From Geobacter sulfurreducens PCA (GTDB taxonomy: Bacteria; Desulfobacterota; Desulfuromonadia; Geobacterales; Geobacteraceae): a stretch of 32,000 bases of DNA. The notes beneath the pieces were generated by a model. It was not told the DNA's origin. It did not search any database and saw nothing but the letters and a program-made list of their open reading frames with translations. Shown piece by piece: positions 1 through 9,054 of the stretch; the stretch's first letter is position 1, and every line of letters starts with the position of its first letter. The translations under genes were made by a program, and so were the position numbers. The stretch spans positions 90,001 through 122,000 of the forward strand of contig NC_002939.5 of the NCBI RefSeq assembly GCF_000007985.2, read 5' to 3'.

Positions 1-485
1 GGCTTTCCGCTGAGTTTCTCCTCGAGCGGTATCTTGCCTACATCCGGCGCTTCACGCTTACCCTGATCCGGCCGATGGTCGCGGCGGACGGTATCGCCTT
101 CCGTCTGGCCGGGACGCGCCGGAGCCTGATTCTCTTTACCCCGCCGGCACGACGGGAGGGTCCCGGCCATGAATCGCTCTCCCTCCGCATCTGCGGCGGA
201 TTCCTGGTTCAGGGCCGTCAGTGCGACCGCGGAGAGCTTTCGTTCATGCTGGATGACGACGTTTCCGGGGTGCGTCTCACTCTGCGACTGACCGACTACT
301 GCCCGCTGCTGCTCGGGAGCAGTGAACCGTCGCGGCTTCGGAAATGGCTCTATCGCTTCACGCAGGCTTACATCCACAAAGTGGTGACGGTCCGTTTCCT
401 GGCACGGGTATATGCTGACCTGGCCGGGGGCGGAGGGTGCGTGCGGGTGGTCCGGGCGAGGGTCCGGGAAGGCGAGGATCTGTAG
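1..485 (+). CDS. Hypothetical protein, 5'-truncated by the window edge
   Basis: The frame of the 75..485 ORF stays open back to nt 3 (LSAEFLLERYLAYIRRFTLTLIRP precedes the first Met). The gene therefore probably starts upstream of the window. I can name no motif. Confidence 0.45.
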   Translation, partial: LSAEFLLERYLAYIRRFTLTLIRPMVAADGIAFRLAGTRRSLILFTPPARREGPGHESLSLRICGGFLVQGRQCDRGELSFMLDDDVSGVRLTLRLTDYCPLLLGSSEPSRLRKWLYRFTQAYIHKVVTVRFLARVYADLAGGGGCVRVVRARVREGEDL

Positions 486-566
486 CATCCCCGGCGGACC
501 TGGTTGCAAAGCGGATGGCCCGTGCTAGGCTTTTTTCGTCAGAACCGAACACGAGGGAGGGACGCC

Positions 567-764
567 ATGAAAGAGCAGGACCGCACAGCGGTATGCAATC
601 GCACCGAACACAAGGAAGAGAATGTCAGGGTCCGGAACGTGAAAACCGGCGAGATCGGCTTCACCTTCGGCTGCACCGAGGAGGGGGGAACCATTCAGGT
701 TCGGCTGACGAATGGTCAGTTGGACAGCTGGGTGGCTGCTGACTGCGAGGAAGCGCCCGAGTAG
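567..764 (+). CDS. Small hypothetical protein (65 aa)
   Basis: ATG at 567 lies 5 nt after a strong GAGGGAGGGA Shine-Dalgarno, so I prefer it to the ORF-track start at 504. The ORF ends 9 nt before the PilZ gene. No recognisable domain. Confidence 0.4.
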   Translation: MKEQDRTAVCNRTEHKEENVRVRNVKTGEIGFTFGCTEEGGTIQVRLTNGQLDSWVAADCEEAPE

Positions 765-773
765 GGGAGTGCC

Positions 774-1115
774 GTGGAAGGACGAAAGAGCAAGCGGCTG
801 TCGGTGGAGGTGGGGTGCTGGCTCGTGGAAATGGACGGAGCCACCTGCCTCTACACCTTTGATCTGTCGGACGAGGGGGTGGCGGTCATTACGGAGGACC
901 CGCTGCCGGTCGGGCGCAGCGTTATCCTCCAGTTTTTCACCCCCCGCTCGGCCAGTGCCGTGACCCTGAAGGCCCAGGTGGTCTGGAGCCGCCTGGAGCC
1001 GGAAGGGGCCATGGGCCTGCGGTTCGTGGAGATGGATGTCCGGGGCCGGGAGACGTTGCGTGAGTTCATGCGACTGCTGTTGGAGCAGCGGCAGCGGGAA
1101 CGGCCCGTTCGTTAA
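774..1115 (+). CDS. PilZ-domain (c-di-GMP-binding) protein
   Basis: R4-K-S-K-R8 (RxxxR) is followed by D30-L-S-D-E-G35 (D/NxSxxG). These are the two c-di-GMP contact motifs of PilZ domains at typical spacing. The size (113 aa) fits a single-domain PilZ. Confidence 0.75.
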   Translation: MEGRKSKRLSVEVGCWLVEMDGATCLYTFDLSDEGVAVITEDPLPVGRSVILQFFTPRSASAVTLKAQVVWSRLEPEGAMGLRFVEMDVRGRETLREFMRLLLEQRQRERPVR

Positions 1116-1133
1116 CCTTTCGGCCGGACCGGC

Positions 1134-1724
1134 TCAGTCCCGGGTATAGAGAACCGCCACTGCCCGGGCCCGTTCTTCTCCCACCGACACGTAGCCGTGG
1201 GGCTCCGAGGAATCGTAGTAGATGCTGTCGCCCGGCAGGAGCCGCATGACATCGCTACCGTAGTGGAATTCCAGCTCTCCGTCGAGCAGATAGATGAACT
1301 CGAAGCCATCGTGCCGGTAGAAGAAGCTGTCGCTCCAGTCGGTCAACTCGAACTCCACCAGGAAGGGTTCCATGGGCTTGTGCCTGATGCCTGGGGCCAG
1401 GGACCGGTAGATGTAGCCATGGGGCGCATCATTGCCTGAGCGCCGCCGGGTCGGCTGCTGCTGTGCTGCCCGGGTCAGCACCACTTTCTGCTGGTCTTCT
1501 TCCTCTTCGAAAAAGTAGTGGATGCCCACCTTCAGTCCTTTGGATATCTTGAGCAACGTGGCAATCGGAGGGGTGACCTGATCGTTTTCGATCTGGGAAA
1601 GAAGGGGTTTCGAGAGTCCCGAGAGCTCAGACAGTTCCTGGAGGGTGAGCCGCCGATCCTGACGGAGTTTTCTGATCTTGGCGCCGAGCCGCAATTCCTT
1701 GATCTGGGATTTGATATCGTCCAC
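1134..1724 (-). CDS. XRE-family HTH transcriptional regulator with C-terminal cupin domain
   Basis: N-terminal HTH_3-like segment LGAKIRKLRQDRRLTLQELSELSGLSKPLLSQIENDQ. C-terminal cupin-like segment FEFIYLLDGELEFHYG...GDSIYYDSSEPHGY. Divergent from htrA. Confidence 0.85.
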   Translation of the reverse strand: MDDIKSQIKELRLGAKIRKLRQDRRLTLQELSELSGLSKPLLSQIENDQVTPPIATLLKISKGLKVGIHYFFEEEEDQQKVVLTRAAQQQPTRRRSGNDAPHGYIYRSLAPGIRHKPMEPFLVEFELTDWSDSFFYRHDGFEFIYLLDGELEFHYGSDVMRLLPGDSIYYDSSEPHGYVSVGEERARAVAVLYTRD

Positions 1725-1821
1725 GATGAACTCCTCTCCTGCCCGTTATAGGTCAACTCCCGCGGGAGCGTCAAGTGCTAATCCGAATGGCCGCGGGGCG
1801 CGGCTCGGCGCCGAAAGGGCG

Positions 1822-1850
1822 TTGACATCCCCGGGCATATTGGCTACTCT
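1822..1850 (+). promoter_or_regulatory. Candidate sigma70-type promoter for htrA (TTGACA-17 nt-TACTCT)
   Basis: Perfect -35 TTGACA at 1822-1827, a 17-nt spacer, then TACTCT at 1845-1850, about 55 nt upstream of the preferred htrA start. Sequence match only. Confidence 0.3.
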
Positions 1851-1905
1851 TTCAAAGGGTTAGAGCGATCAGCTCTCATGAACCGGTATGAGCGAGGTTC
1901 TTTGC

Positions 1906-3321
1906 ATGTTCGTCCGTCGTCTGCTACTGATATCGTTGGTCTTTGTCACAACTCTCACCGCCTGCTCGAAGAAGGAAGAAAAGCTCTTCTATGAGTCGGG
2001 CCGTGCCGACGCGCCGGTCAAGGAGGTTCCCAGAGACATCCTTGCCACCCAGCAGGCCTTCGTCGAGCTGGTCAAGAAGGTTACTCCGTCGGTCGTGAAC
2101 ATCTCCACCGTCAGCCGGAGAAAGATCGAGCAGCCCTTCTTCGAGTTTTCCCCCTTCTTCAATGATTTCTTCGACAATCGCCCCCGGTTCCGGCGGGAAC
2201 AGAGCCTCGGCTCTGGCTTCATCATCAACCGGGAAGGGTACATCGTCACCAATGACCATGTGGTGCGCGACGCCGAAAGCATCAAGGTCAAACTCTCCAA
2301 TGAGAACGTCTACGACGGCCACATCGTCGGCAGCGACCCCAAGACCGACATCGCGGTCATCAAGATCGACTCGCGGGAGGAACTCCCCGTGGCGGTCCTG
2401 GCCGATTCGGACAAGCTTCAAGTGGGGCAGTGGGCGGTGGCCATCGGCAACCCCTTCGGCCTGGACCGGACCGTGACCGTCGGCGTGGTGTCGGCCACCG
2501 GCCGGTCCAACATGGGAATCGAGACCTATGAAGATTTCATCCAGACCGACGCCTCCATCAACCCGGGCAATTCGGGGGGGCCGCTGCTGAACGTCCACGG
2601 CGAGGTGATCGGCATCAACACCGCCATCGTGGCCGCCGGTCAGGGGATCGGCTTTGCCATCCCGGTCAACATGGCAAAGCAGATCGTAACTCAGCTCATC
2701 ACCAAGGGCAAGGTCACCCGCGGCTGGCTCGGCGTTACCATTCAACCGGTCACCGACGATCTTGCCAAGGAATTCGGCCTGAAAAAGGCCCAGGGCGTCC
2801 TGGTGAGTGATGTGGTTAAGGGGAGCCCCGCTGCCGGCGCCGGTATCCGGCAGGGGGACATCATCCTCAGGTTCGCCGGCAAGGAGATCAAGGATGCCCA
2901 GCACCTCCAGCGGGTGGTGGGCGACACGGCGCCGGGGACAAAGGTGCCGGTGGTGGTCTTCCGAGAAGGGAAAGAGGTTCAACTCTCCCTGGCGACGGCC
3001 AGTTCCGACAGTGCCCAGGCACGCCAGGCGCGCCCTCAGGGAGGGGCGCCCGACACCCTTGGCCTCGCCGTGGAGGAACTACCCCGCGAATACCGTCAGG
3101 AAGGTTTCACCGGCGTCCTGGTGGTCCAGGTGGATGATGGGAGCGCCGCCGGCGAGGCGGGCATCCGGGAGGGGGACGTGATCGTGGCGGTGAACCGGCG
3201 GCCCGTGGCGAACCTGGCAGAGTACGACCGCGTCATGCGCGAGGCGGCCCGGCGCGGTTCGGTAGTGCTTCTGGTGCGACGAGGCGAGGCGAGCATCTAT
3301 TTCTCCCTCAGGCTCAGGTAG
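1906..3321 (+). CDS. htrA: HtrA/DegP/DegQ-family periplasmic serine endoprotease with two PDZ domains
   Basis: Catalytic triad contexts TNDHVV (His), DIAVIKI (Asp) and GNSGGPL (Ser). Two PDZ-like repeats (GVLVSDVVKGSPAAGAGIRQGDII and GVLVVQVDDGSAAGEAGIREGDVI). ATG 1906 has GAGG 8 nt upstream and yields a signal peptide with the lipobox LTAC. The ORF-track start at 1888 has no SD. Confidence 0.93.
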   Translation: MFVRRLLLISLVFVTTLTACSKKEEKLFYESGRADAPVKEVPRDILATQQAFVELVKKVTPSVVNISTVSRRKIEQPFFEFSPFFNDFFDNRPRFRREQSLGSGFIINREGYIVTNDHVVRDAESIKVKLSNENVYDGHIVGSDPKTDIAVIKIDSREELPVAVLADSDKLQVGQWAVAIGNPFGLDRTVTVGVVSATGRSNMGIETYEDFIQTDASINPGNSGGPLLNVHGEVIGINTAIVAAGQGIGFAIPVNMAKQIVTQLITKGKVTRGWLGVTIQPVTDDLAKEFGLKKAQGVLVSDVVKGSPAAGAGIRQGDIILRFAGKEIKDAQHLQRVVGDTAPGTKVPVVVFREGKEVQLSLATASSDSAQARQARPQGGAPDTLGLAVEELPREYRQEGFTGVLVVQVDDGSAAGEAGIREGDVIVAVNRRPVANLAEYDRVMREAARRGSVVLLVRRGEASIYFSLRLR

Positions 3322-3364
3322 CGGACTTCCGGCTCACGGGCCGGCCAACGACAGGGGACATACC

Positions 3365-3628
3365 ATGACAATGATCGACAATCCCGACCAGGCCCGCCGC
3401 CTTGCCCGCGCCATCATCTCGGACATCGCCATTTACAACCGGGAAAAGGTCGAGCAGGGGATCAAGAACGACACCATCTTCGATCTGCTGGCCGAAGAGA
3501 TTGAGGAGGGGCGCCAGCATTTCGCCTCGCGGGTGGCGCCGGAGCTGGCGGGGGCCGGCATTTTCGACTTGGCGCTAGTTGATGTCCTGATCAAGCGGGC
3601 GGGCAAGATCGAGTCGGCCATCTGGTAG
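3365..3628 (+). CDS. Hypothetical protein (87 aa)
   Basis: ATG preceded by AGGGGA. Coding-like composition and acidic/helical sequence. No motif recognised. Confidence 0.5.
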   Translation: MTMIDNPDQARRLARAIISDIAIYNREKVEQGIKNDTIFDLLAEEIEEGRQHFASRVAPELAGAGIFDLALVDVLIKRAGKIESAIW

Positions 3629-3712
3629 CGGCGGAAAAGCGGGAAAGGGTTCGGACGGGGGCACGGCCGGCGGTCGCGCCCCCGTCCTGTTCAGGGACGG
3701 AGAGGAGCAAGG

Positions 3713-4681
3713 GTGGAGAGACAAGATGAGCGATACGATCTGTCGGTGCCGACGGAAGGTGAAGCGGAACGGCTCGACCAGTTCGTGGCCCGCTCGGTCC
3801 AGGGAATAACCCGTTCGGCGGCCCAGCGCCTGATCGAAGAGGGGCGGGTGACGGTGGACGATCGCCTCGAGAAGCCGTCTCTCAAGCTTCGGGGCGGAGA
3901 GCGGGTGGTGGTGACGGTGCCGCCACCGGCCCCCGCAGTGCCTGAAGCGGAAGAGATTCCGCTGGTTGTCCTCCACGAAGATGGCGACGTGGTGGTGGTC
4001 GACAAGCCGGCGGGCATGGTGGTTCACCCGGCCGCGGGAAATCCCGGCGGGACCCTGGTCAACGCCCTTCTGGCCCACTGTACGGATCTCTCGGGCATTG
4101 GCGGTGAGATTCGTCCCGGCATCGTCCATCGCATCGACAAGGATACCTCGGGCGTCCTGGTGGTGGCCAAGAGTGACCGGGCCCACGAATCGCTTTCGCG
4201 GCAGTTCCATGACCACACGGTCAAGAGGGTCTACCTGGCCCTGGTCTACGGCTCGCCCCGCGAGGACAAGGGGCGGATCGAGGGGGCCATCGGCCGGCAT
4301 CCCACGGACCGGAAGAAGATGTCGGGCGCGGCGCGTCACGGCAAGCACGCGGTCACCCACTGGCGGGTGGCCGCCCGTTTCACCGGCGTGACGCTGCTGC
4401 GGCTCCGGCTGGAAACGGGGCGTACCCACCAGATCCGGGTGCACATGGCCGAGGCCGGGTTTCCCCTGGTGGGAGACGAGGTCTATGGGGGCGCTGGCCG
4501 GATCAACAATCTCAGGGACCCGGTTTTGCGTAAGCTCATCCGGGAACTGGGACGTCAGGCACTGCACGCCAAAACCCTTGGTTTTGTCCACCCGGTCACG
4601 GGGGAATACCTGGAGTTCGACACTGAGCTGCCCGAGGATATGGCGCGGATTATCGATTATCTGGAACGACAAGGAGCCTGA
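3713..4681 (+). CDS. rluD: 23S rRNA pseudouridine synthase, RluD/RluA family
   Basis: S4-like N-terminus, catalytic-Asp motif HRIDKDTSGVLVVAK and the GRTHQIRVH motif. GTG start behind GGAGAGGAG. Followed by pgeF, as in the E. coli rluD-yfiH pair. Confidence 0.9.
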   Translation: MERQDERYDLSVPTEGEAERLDQFVARSVQGITRSAAQRLIEEGRVTVDDRLEKPSLKLRGGERVVVTVPPPAPAVPEAEEIPLVVLHEDGDVVVVDKPAGMVVHPAAGNPGGTLVNALLAHCTDLSGIGGEIRPGIVHRIDKDTSGVLVVAKSDRAHESLSRQFHDHTVKRVYLALVYGSPREDKGRIEGAIGRHPTDRKKMSGAARHGKHAVTHWRVAARFTGVTLLRLRLETGRTHQIRVHMAEAGFPLVGDEVYGGAGRINNLRDPVLRKLIRELGRQALHAKTLGFVHPVTGEYLEFDTELPEDMARIIDYLERQGA

Positions 4682-4683
4682 TC

Positions 4684-5484
4684 ATGGAGATGAAACGAGC
4701 CGACAAGGTTCATTACGTGGAACCGTCCTTGCTGGCCGCCGCAGGTGTGGCGGTGCAGGGATTCACCACCCGCCACGAAGGGGTGTCGCGCACCCCCTAC
4801 AATTCCCTCAACCTGGGTACCGGTACCGCGGACGCCTCCCACAGCGTTGAGGGGAACCGCAGCATCCTGGCCCGGGCATTCGGCGGCACCGTGGAGCGCC
4901 TGGTGACCGTCACCCAGGTCCATGGGACCGACCTGTTGGTCATTGATGCGCCGAACCCCGATTACGGCTACTTCCAACGGCTGGAAGCCGATGGGATCAT
5001 CACTAACCAGCCCGGCGTGATGATCGGCGTCTGCGTTGCCGACTGCGTGCCGGTGCTCCTGCTGGACCCGGTGAAGGGCGTTGCTGCGGCGCTCCACGCA
5101 GGATGGAAGGGAACCGCATCGGGCATCTGCCGCAAGGGGGTGGACGCCTTTGTCTCGGTTTTCGGCTCCGATCCCCGGGATATCCTGGCGGCCGTGGGGC
5201 CGGCCATCGGTCCCTGCTGCTACGAGGTGGATACCCCCGTTTTCCAGGCGTTTCGCCAGGCGGGCTGCGAGTGGGATGAGGTCGCAACCCTCAGCGGCGT
5301 GGCCCGGTGGCATCTGGACCTGGCGCGGGCCAACGCGCGGCAGCTGGCAGCCTCGGGTATTGCGGAGCGGAATATCGAGACGAGCGGCCAGTGTGTCTGC
5401 TGTTCGCCGGAGCAGTTCTTCTCCTACCGTCGCGACAAGGGAGATACCGGTCGACAGATGGGATTCATCATGCTGAAAGGATAG
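4684..5484 (+). CDS. pgeF: YfiH/PgeF (DUF152) laccase-domain / purine nucleoside phosphorylase-like protein
   Basis: Family motifs VHGTD, VADCVPVLL, HAGWKG and GPAIGPCCYEV. AAGGAG SD. Starts 3 nt after the rluD stop. Confidence 0.85.
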   Translation: MEMKRADKVHYVEPSLLAAAGVAVQGFTTRHEGVSRTPYNSLNLGTGTADASHSVEGNRSILARAFGGTVERLVTVTQVHGTDLLVIDAPNPDYGYFQRLEADGIITNQPGVMIGVCVADCVPVLLLDPVKGVAAALHAGWKGTASGICRKGVDAFVSVFGSDPRDILAAVGPAIGPCCYEVDTPVFQAFRQAGCEWDEVATLSGVARWHLDLARANARQLAASGIAERNIETSGQCVCCSPEQFFSYRRDKGDTGRQMGFIMLKG

Positions 5485-5497
5485 GGCGGGGGCGCCG

Positions 5498-6673
5498 ATG
5501 AAGTTTCCCATTTCCGATCAGATCCGGTCAGTCCAGTGCGCGCCCATCGCCGAGGTTAAGAGCTGGCTCGCTCACCGGGAGCCCGATCCGGAGCGCCCGC
5601 TGGTGGATCTGTGCCAGGCCGTGCCCGACTATCCGCCGGCCCGTCAGCTGACCGACTACCTGGCGGCGCTCCTGGACGATCCGCTGGTGTCGAAATACTC
5701 GCCCGACGAGGGGCTCCCCGAGGTGCGGGAGGGGGTGTGCGCCCGCTACGGCCGGGTCTACGGCGCGGCCATGAATCCGGATCAGCTTTGCCTCACCATC
5801 GGCGCCAGCCAGGCGTTCTGGCTCGCCATGGTTACCCTCTGCCGCGCCGGGGACGAGGTGATCGTCCCGCTCCCCGCCTACTTCGACCATCCCATGGCCC
5901 TGGATATTCTGGGCGTCAGGCCGGTCTACCTCCCCTTTGACGAGGAACGGGGCGGGGTGCCTGACCCGGCCGCGGTGGAGCGTCTCATCACCCCGCGCAC
6001 CAGGGCCATTCTGCTGGTGACCCCTTCCAACCCCACCGGCGTGGTCACTCCACCGGAAACGATCCAGGAACTCCACGGGGTGGCCCGGCGCCGGGGCATC
6101 GCGCTGGTCCTCGACGAAACCTATGCCGACTTCATCCCCGGCGGCGAGCGGCCCCACGATCTTTTCCTTGACCCCCGCTGGGGTGACCACCTGATCCACC
6201 TGATGTCCTTCGGCAAGACCTATGCCCTCACGGGGTACCGGGCCGGCTGTCTCGCCGCGTCGAAAGAGTTCATCGGCCACGCCCTTAAGGCCCAGGACAC
6301 CATGGCGGTTTGCCAGCCGCGCATCACCCAGTATGCCGTGCTCTACGGGGTCAGTCACCTGGACGGCTGGGTGGAAGAGAACCGGCTCATGATGACCCGA
6401 CGGCACGACCTCTTCCGGTCGCTCTTTACCCGTCCCGGCAATCCGTTCAGCCTTGTGGCGAGCGGCACCTTCTTCGCCTGGGTGCGGCATCCCCTGCAGG
6501 AGGGCACCGGCCGTGAGGCTGCCCGCAGGCTGGCCGTGGAAGCCGGCATCATCTGTCTCCCCGGCGAAGTATTCGGCCCCGGCCTCGAACCCTACCTCCG
6601 CCTCGCCTTCGGCAACATCCGCGACGAAGCCATCCCCGGGGCGGTGGAGCGATTCCGAGCGTTTGCCCTCTGA
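5498..6673 (+). CDS. Class I/II PLP-dependent aminotransferase
   Basis: SNPTG, LDETYADF and SFGKTYALTGYRAG (PLP-lysine context) in a 391-aa protein. Substrate not assignable from sequence. Confidence 0.85.
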   Translation: MKFPISDQIRSVQCAPIAEVKSWLAHREPDPERPLVDLCQAVPDYPPARQLTDYLAALLDDPLVSKYSPDEGLPEVREGVCARYGRVYGAAMNPDQLCLTIGASQAFWLAMVTLCRAGDEVIVPLPAYFDHPMALDILGVRPVYLPFDEERGGVPDPAAVERLITPRTRAILLVTPSNPTGVVTPPETIQELHGVARRRGIALVLDETYADFIPGGERPHDLFLDPRWGDHLIHLMSFGKTYALTGYRAGCLAASKEFIGHALKAQDTMAVCQPRITQYAVLYGVSHLDGWVEENRLMMTRRHDLFRSLFTRPGNPFSLVASGTFFAWVRHPLQEGTGREAARRLAVEAGIICLPGEVFGPGLEPYLRLAFGNIRDEAIPGAVERFRAFAL

Positions 6674-6713
6674 GATTCTCCTCTTCCGATCCTCATCCGC
6701 CAGTCGCGGAACG

Positions 6714-6753
6714 AAAAAAGCCCCCTGCCGAACGTTACGGCAGGGGGCTTTTG
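6714..6753. terminator. Bidirectional rho-independent terminator between convergent genes
   Basis: Perfect 11-bp stem GCCCCCTGCCG / CGGCAGGGGGC with a 7-nt loop. It is flanked by AAAAAA on the left and TTTT on the right. It lies between the aminotransferase (+) and flxA-like (-) stops. Confidence 0.75.
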
Positions 6754-6771
6754 CTCAGAATCGCTCGCGGT

Positions 6772-7614
6772 TCAGAACTCCTGGGGCATGGCCTTGACCT
6801 GGGCCGCGGTGAAGACCGGGCCGTCCTTGCAGACATAGACATTGCCCACGTTGCAGCGGCCGCACTTGCCGAGACCGCACTTCATCCGGTTCTCCAGGGT
6901 CGTGTAGATGGCCGTGTCGGCGAATCCCAGTTTCTCCAGGACGGGAAGGGTGAACTTGATCATGACGGGCGGTCCGCAGACCAGGGCGATGGTGTTGTCC
7001 GCGGCTGGCGCGGCCTGCTCCAGGACCGTCGGCACAAAGCCCACCTGCCCGTCCCATGAGGGGGAATTCCCTCCGGGATCCACGGTCTTTACCAGGCGTA
7101 CGTCGCTCCGCTCTTCCCACTCCCTGAGTTCCCGCTTGTAGACGAGGTCGGCCTCGGTCCGGGCGCCGTAGACGATGGTGATGTCGCCGAATTTCTCCCG
7201 CCAGTCCAGGCACTGCCAGATGAGCGTCCGCAGCGGCGGCAGCGCGATACCTCCGGCCACGAAGACGAGGTTCTTGCCGAAGAACTCTTCGACGGGAAAC
7301 GAGTTGCCGTAGGGTCCGCGCACACCGATGGTGTCGCCGGTCTCCAGGGAACGCAATGCTTCCGTGACCCGCCCCACGGCCCGGAAGCAGCACTCGATGT
7401 ATCCCTGCCGGGTGGGGGCCGAGGCGATGCAGAAGGTGGCCTCGCCGGCGCCGAAGGCCGAGTACTCGGCAAACTGGCCGGCCCTGAAGGTAAAATGCTC
7501 CCGTACCCGTTCATCCTGAAAGACGAGCCGGAAGGTGCGGATGTCGGGGGTCTCGTCAACGATTTCCTCGATCGTTGCCAGGTGGGGGAGGTAGATGTTC
7601 TTGTGATCGCACAT
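6772..7614 (-). CDS. FAD/NAD(P)-binding oxidoreductase with C-terminal 2Fe-2S motif (FlxA / AsrB / sulfhydrogenase-gamma-like)
   Basis: FNR-like fold motifs RAGQF, GPYG and LVFVAGGIALPPL. C-terminal CGLGKCGRC...C cluster motif. Last gene of the minus-strand hdr/flx operon. Confidence 0.8.
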   Translation of the reverse strand: MCDHKNIYLPHLATIEEIVDETPDIRTFRLVFQDERVREHFTFRAGQFAEYSAFGAGEATFCIASAPTRQGYIECCFRAVGRVTEALRSLETGDTIGVRGPYGNSFPVEEFFGKNLVFVAGGIALPPLRTLIWQCLDWREKFGDITIVYGARTEADLVYKRELREWEERSDVRLVKTVDPGGNSPSWDGQVGFVPTVLEQAAPAADNTIALVCGPPVMIKFTLPVLEKLGFADTAIYTTLENRMKCGLGKCGRCNVGNVYVCKDGPVFTAAQVKAMPQEF

Positions 7615-7626
7615 GGTGGAGCCCTT

Positions 7627-7995
7627 TTATCCTTCCGCCAGTTTTGCCGCCAGGTCCGAGAATGCCTGGCCCTTTACCTTGAGCTCCACGGGGCGGTTGT
7701 TGTCTCCGAAGCCGATGGTGATCACGCCACCCAGCAGGTGGTTTTCCATTTCCGCGAACAAAACTGCCCTGGGATTGATCAGCAGGTTGCCGGACTGCAC
7801 GAAGCCGCGCTTCAGCAGGTTGGCCGCGAATTGTTCCTGCTCCGTTCTGGATACCTTCTTAAAGAGCTGTTTCCGGATGGCTGGTCCGTCGAACCAGACA
7901 TCCATGATCCGGCTGGCATCGGTCACCAGCGGATTGTCCTCCGGTGTGGTCATCTGGACGGCGACAACCCGGTCGATGTTGATGAAGCGTTCCAT
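7627..7995 (-). CDS. Hypothetical 122-aa protein embedded in the hdr/flx operon
   Basis: ATG behind AAGGGGG, 11 nt after the upstream stop and 12 nt before the downstream start. No Cys at all and no recognisable domain. Confidence 0.6.
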   Translation of the reverse strand: MERFINIDRVVAVQMTTPEDNPLVTDASRIMDVWFDGPAIRKQLFKKVSRTEQEQFAANLLKRGFVQSGNLLINPRAVLFAEMENHLLGGVITIGFGDNNRPVELKVKGQAFSDLAAKLAEG

Positions 7996-8006
7996 GGGGT
8001 GCCCCC

Positions 8007-9011
8007 TTACTTCCTATTAATGTCGTCAATGATCTGGGCGATGTCGATCCCCACCGGGCAGGCACGAATGCATCGTCCGCAGCCGGTGCAGAGGCGCTGG
8101 CCGAACTTGTCGTGGTAGTACTTGAACTTGTGCATGATCCGGTTGCGGTAGCGATGAGGCTGTACCTCGCGGGGGTTGTGGCCCGACGCATGGTAGGTGA
8201 ATTTGCCGAAGCCGCAGGCGTCCCAGTGCTTGCGGCGCGCCCCCTGCTTCTCGCTCCCCTCGTCACTGATGTCGAAACAGTGGCAGGCGGGGCAGAGAAA
8301 GGCGCAGGCGCCGCAGCCGGCACAGCGGGCGGCGATCTCTTCCCAGAGGGGGTCCTCAAAATGGGTGTCGAGCCAGGCCTTGATCCGGTCCAGGTCGAGC
8401 GGCCCCAACTGGGGTTCGGCAAGGGAAACGGGCTCGGCGGTATCCGTTTCGGCGAAGAGTCCGGCATGGGCGGCCAGGAGCGCCTCTCCCTTGTCTGAAA
8501 TCACGTCGCAGCGGTAACTTCCTCCGGCAAGGGGGGTGAGGAAGAGATCGCTTCCCCTGGTGTCCGCCGGGGAAAGCCCCACCGCCGTGCAGAAACAGGC
8601 ATCGTCCGCGGTGGTACAGGCAAGGCCGATGATCGTGGTCTTGCGCCGCCGCTCCAGAAAAAACTCGTCCTTGAAGTCCCAGGAGAAAATTGCGTCGAGC
8701 ACCGGGGCCGCCGCCACGTCGCAGGGGCGGGCGCCGATGAGCACCGTTTCCGGGAAGCGGGCCGGGTCGATGTCGTGTACCGTGGTCCCGGAACTGCTTT
8801 TTTCATAGGTGAGGATATTTTCGCACAGGGGGAAAAAGGTCTCCTTGGCGGAACGGCGGGGCAGCTCTCCCAAGGACAGCTCTTCCGCAGAGGCCAGCGG
8901 CTCGTACAGGGTCAGGGTGCCCGCGGCTTTCGGGCCGATGACCCGTTTGCCCTCGCCCACGAGCGTATCGATGAGAAGGCGGAGATTCTGGTCGGTGATG
9001 ATTTTCGGCAT
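8007..9011 (-). CDS. 4Fe-4S cluster protein (FlxB / AsrA / sulfhydrogenase-beta-like)
   Basis: Cys clusters CAGCGACAFLCPACHC and CTGCGRCIRACP. Size and position next to an FNR-like subunit match the AsrA/HydB/FlxB class. Confidence 0.8.
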   Translation of the reverse strand: MPKIITDQNLRLLIDTLVGEGKRVIGPKAAGTLTLYEPLASAEELSLGELPRRSAKETFFPLCENILTYEKSSSGTTVHDIDPARFPETVLIGARPCDVAAAPVLDAIFSWDFKDEFFLERRRKTTIIGLACTTADDACFCTAVGLSPADTRGSDLFLTPLAGGSYRCDVISDKGEALLAAHAGLFAETDTAEPVSLAEPQLGPLDLDRIKAWLDTHFEDPLWEEIAARCAGCGACAFLCPACHCFDISDEGSEKQGARRKHWDACGFGKFTYHASGHNPREVQPHRYRNRIMHKFKYYHDKFGQRLCTGCGRCIRACPVGIDIAQIIDDINRK

Positions 9012-9054
9012 GGTGGTTCCTGGAGGGGCGGCCCGGCCGGGCGCCCCTGCATGG

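Noticed and set aside
485-566. T-run (GGCTTTTTTCG) after the first partial gene as an intrinsic terminator
   Set aside because: I could not find a convincing GC-rich stem immediately upstream of the T-run.
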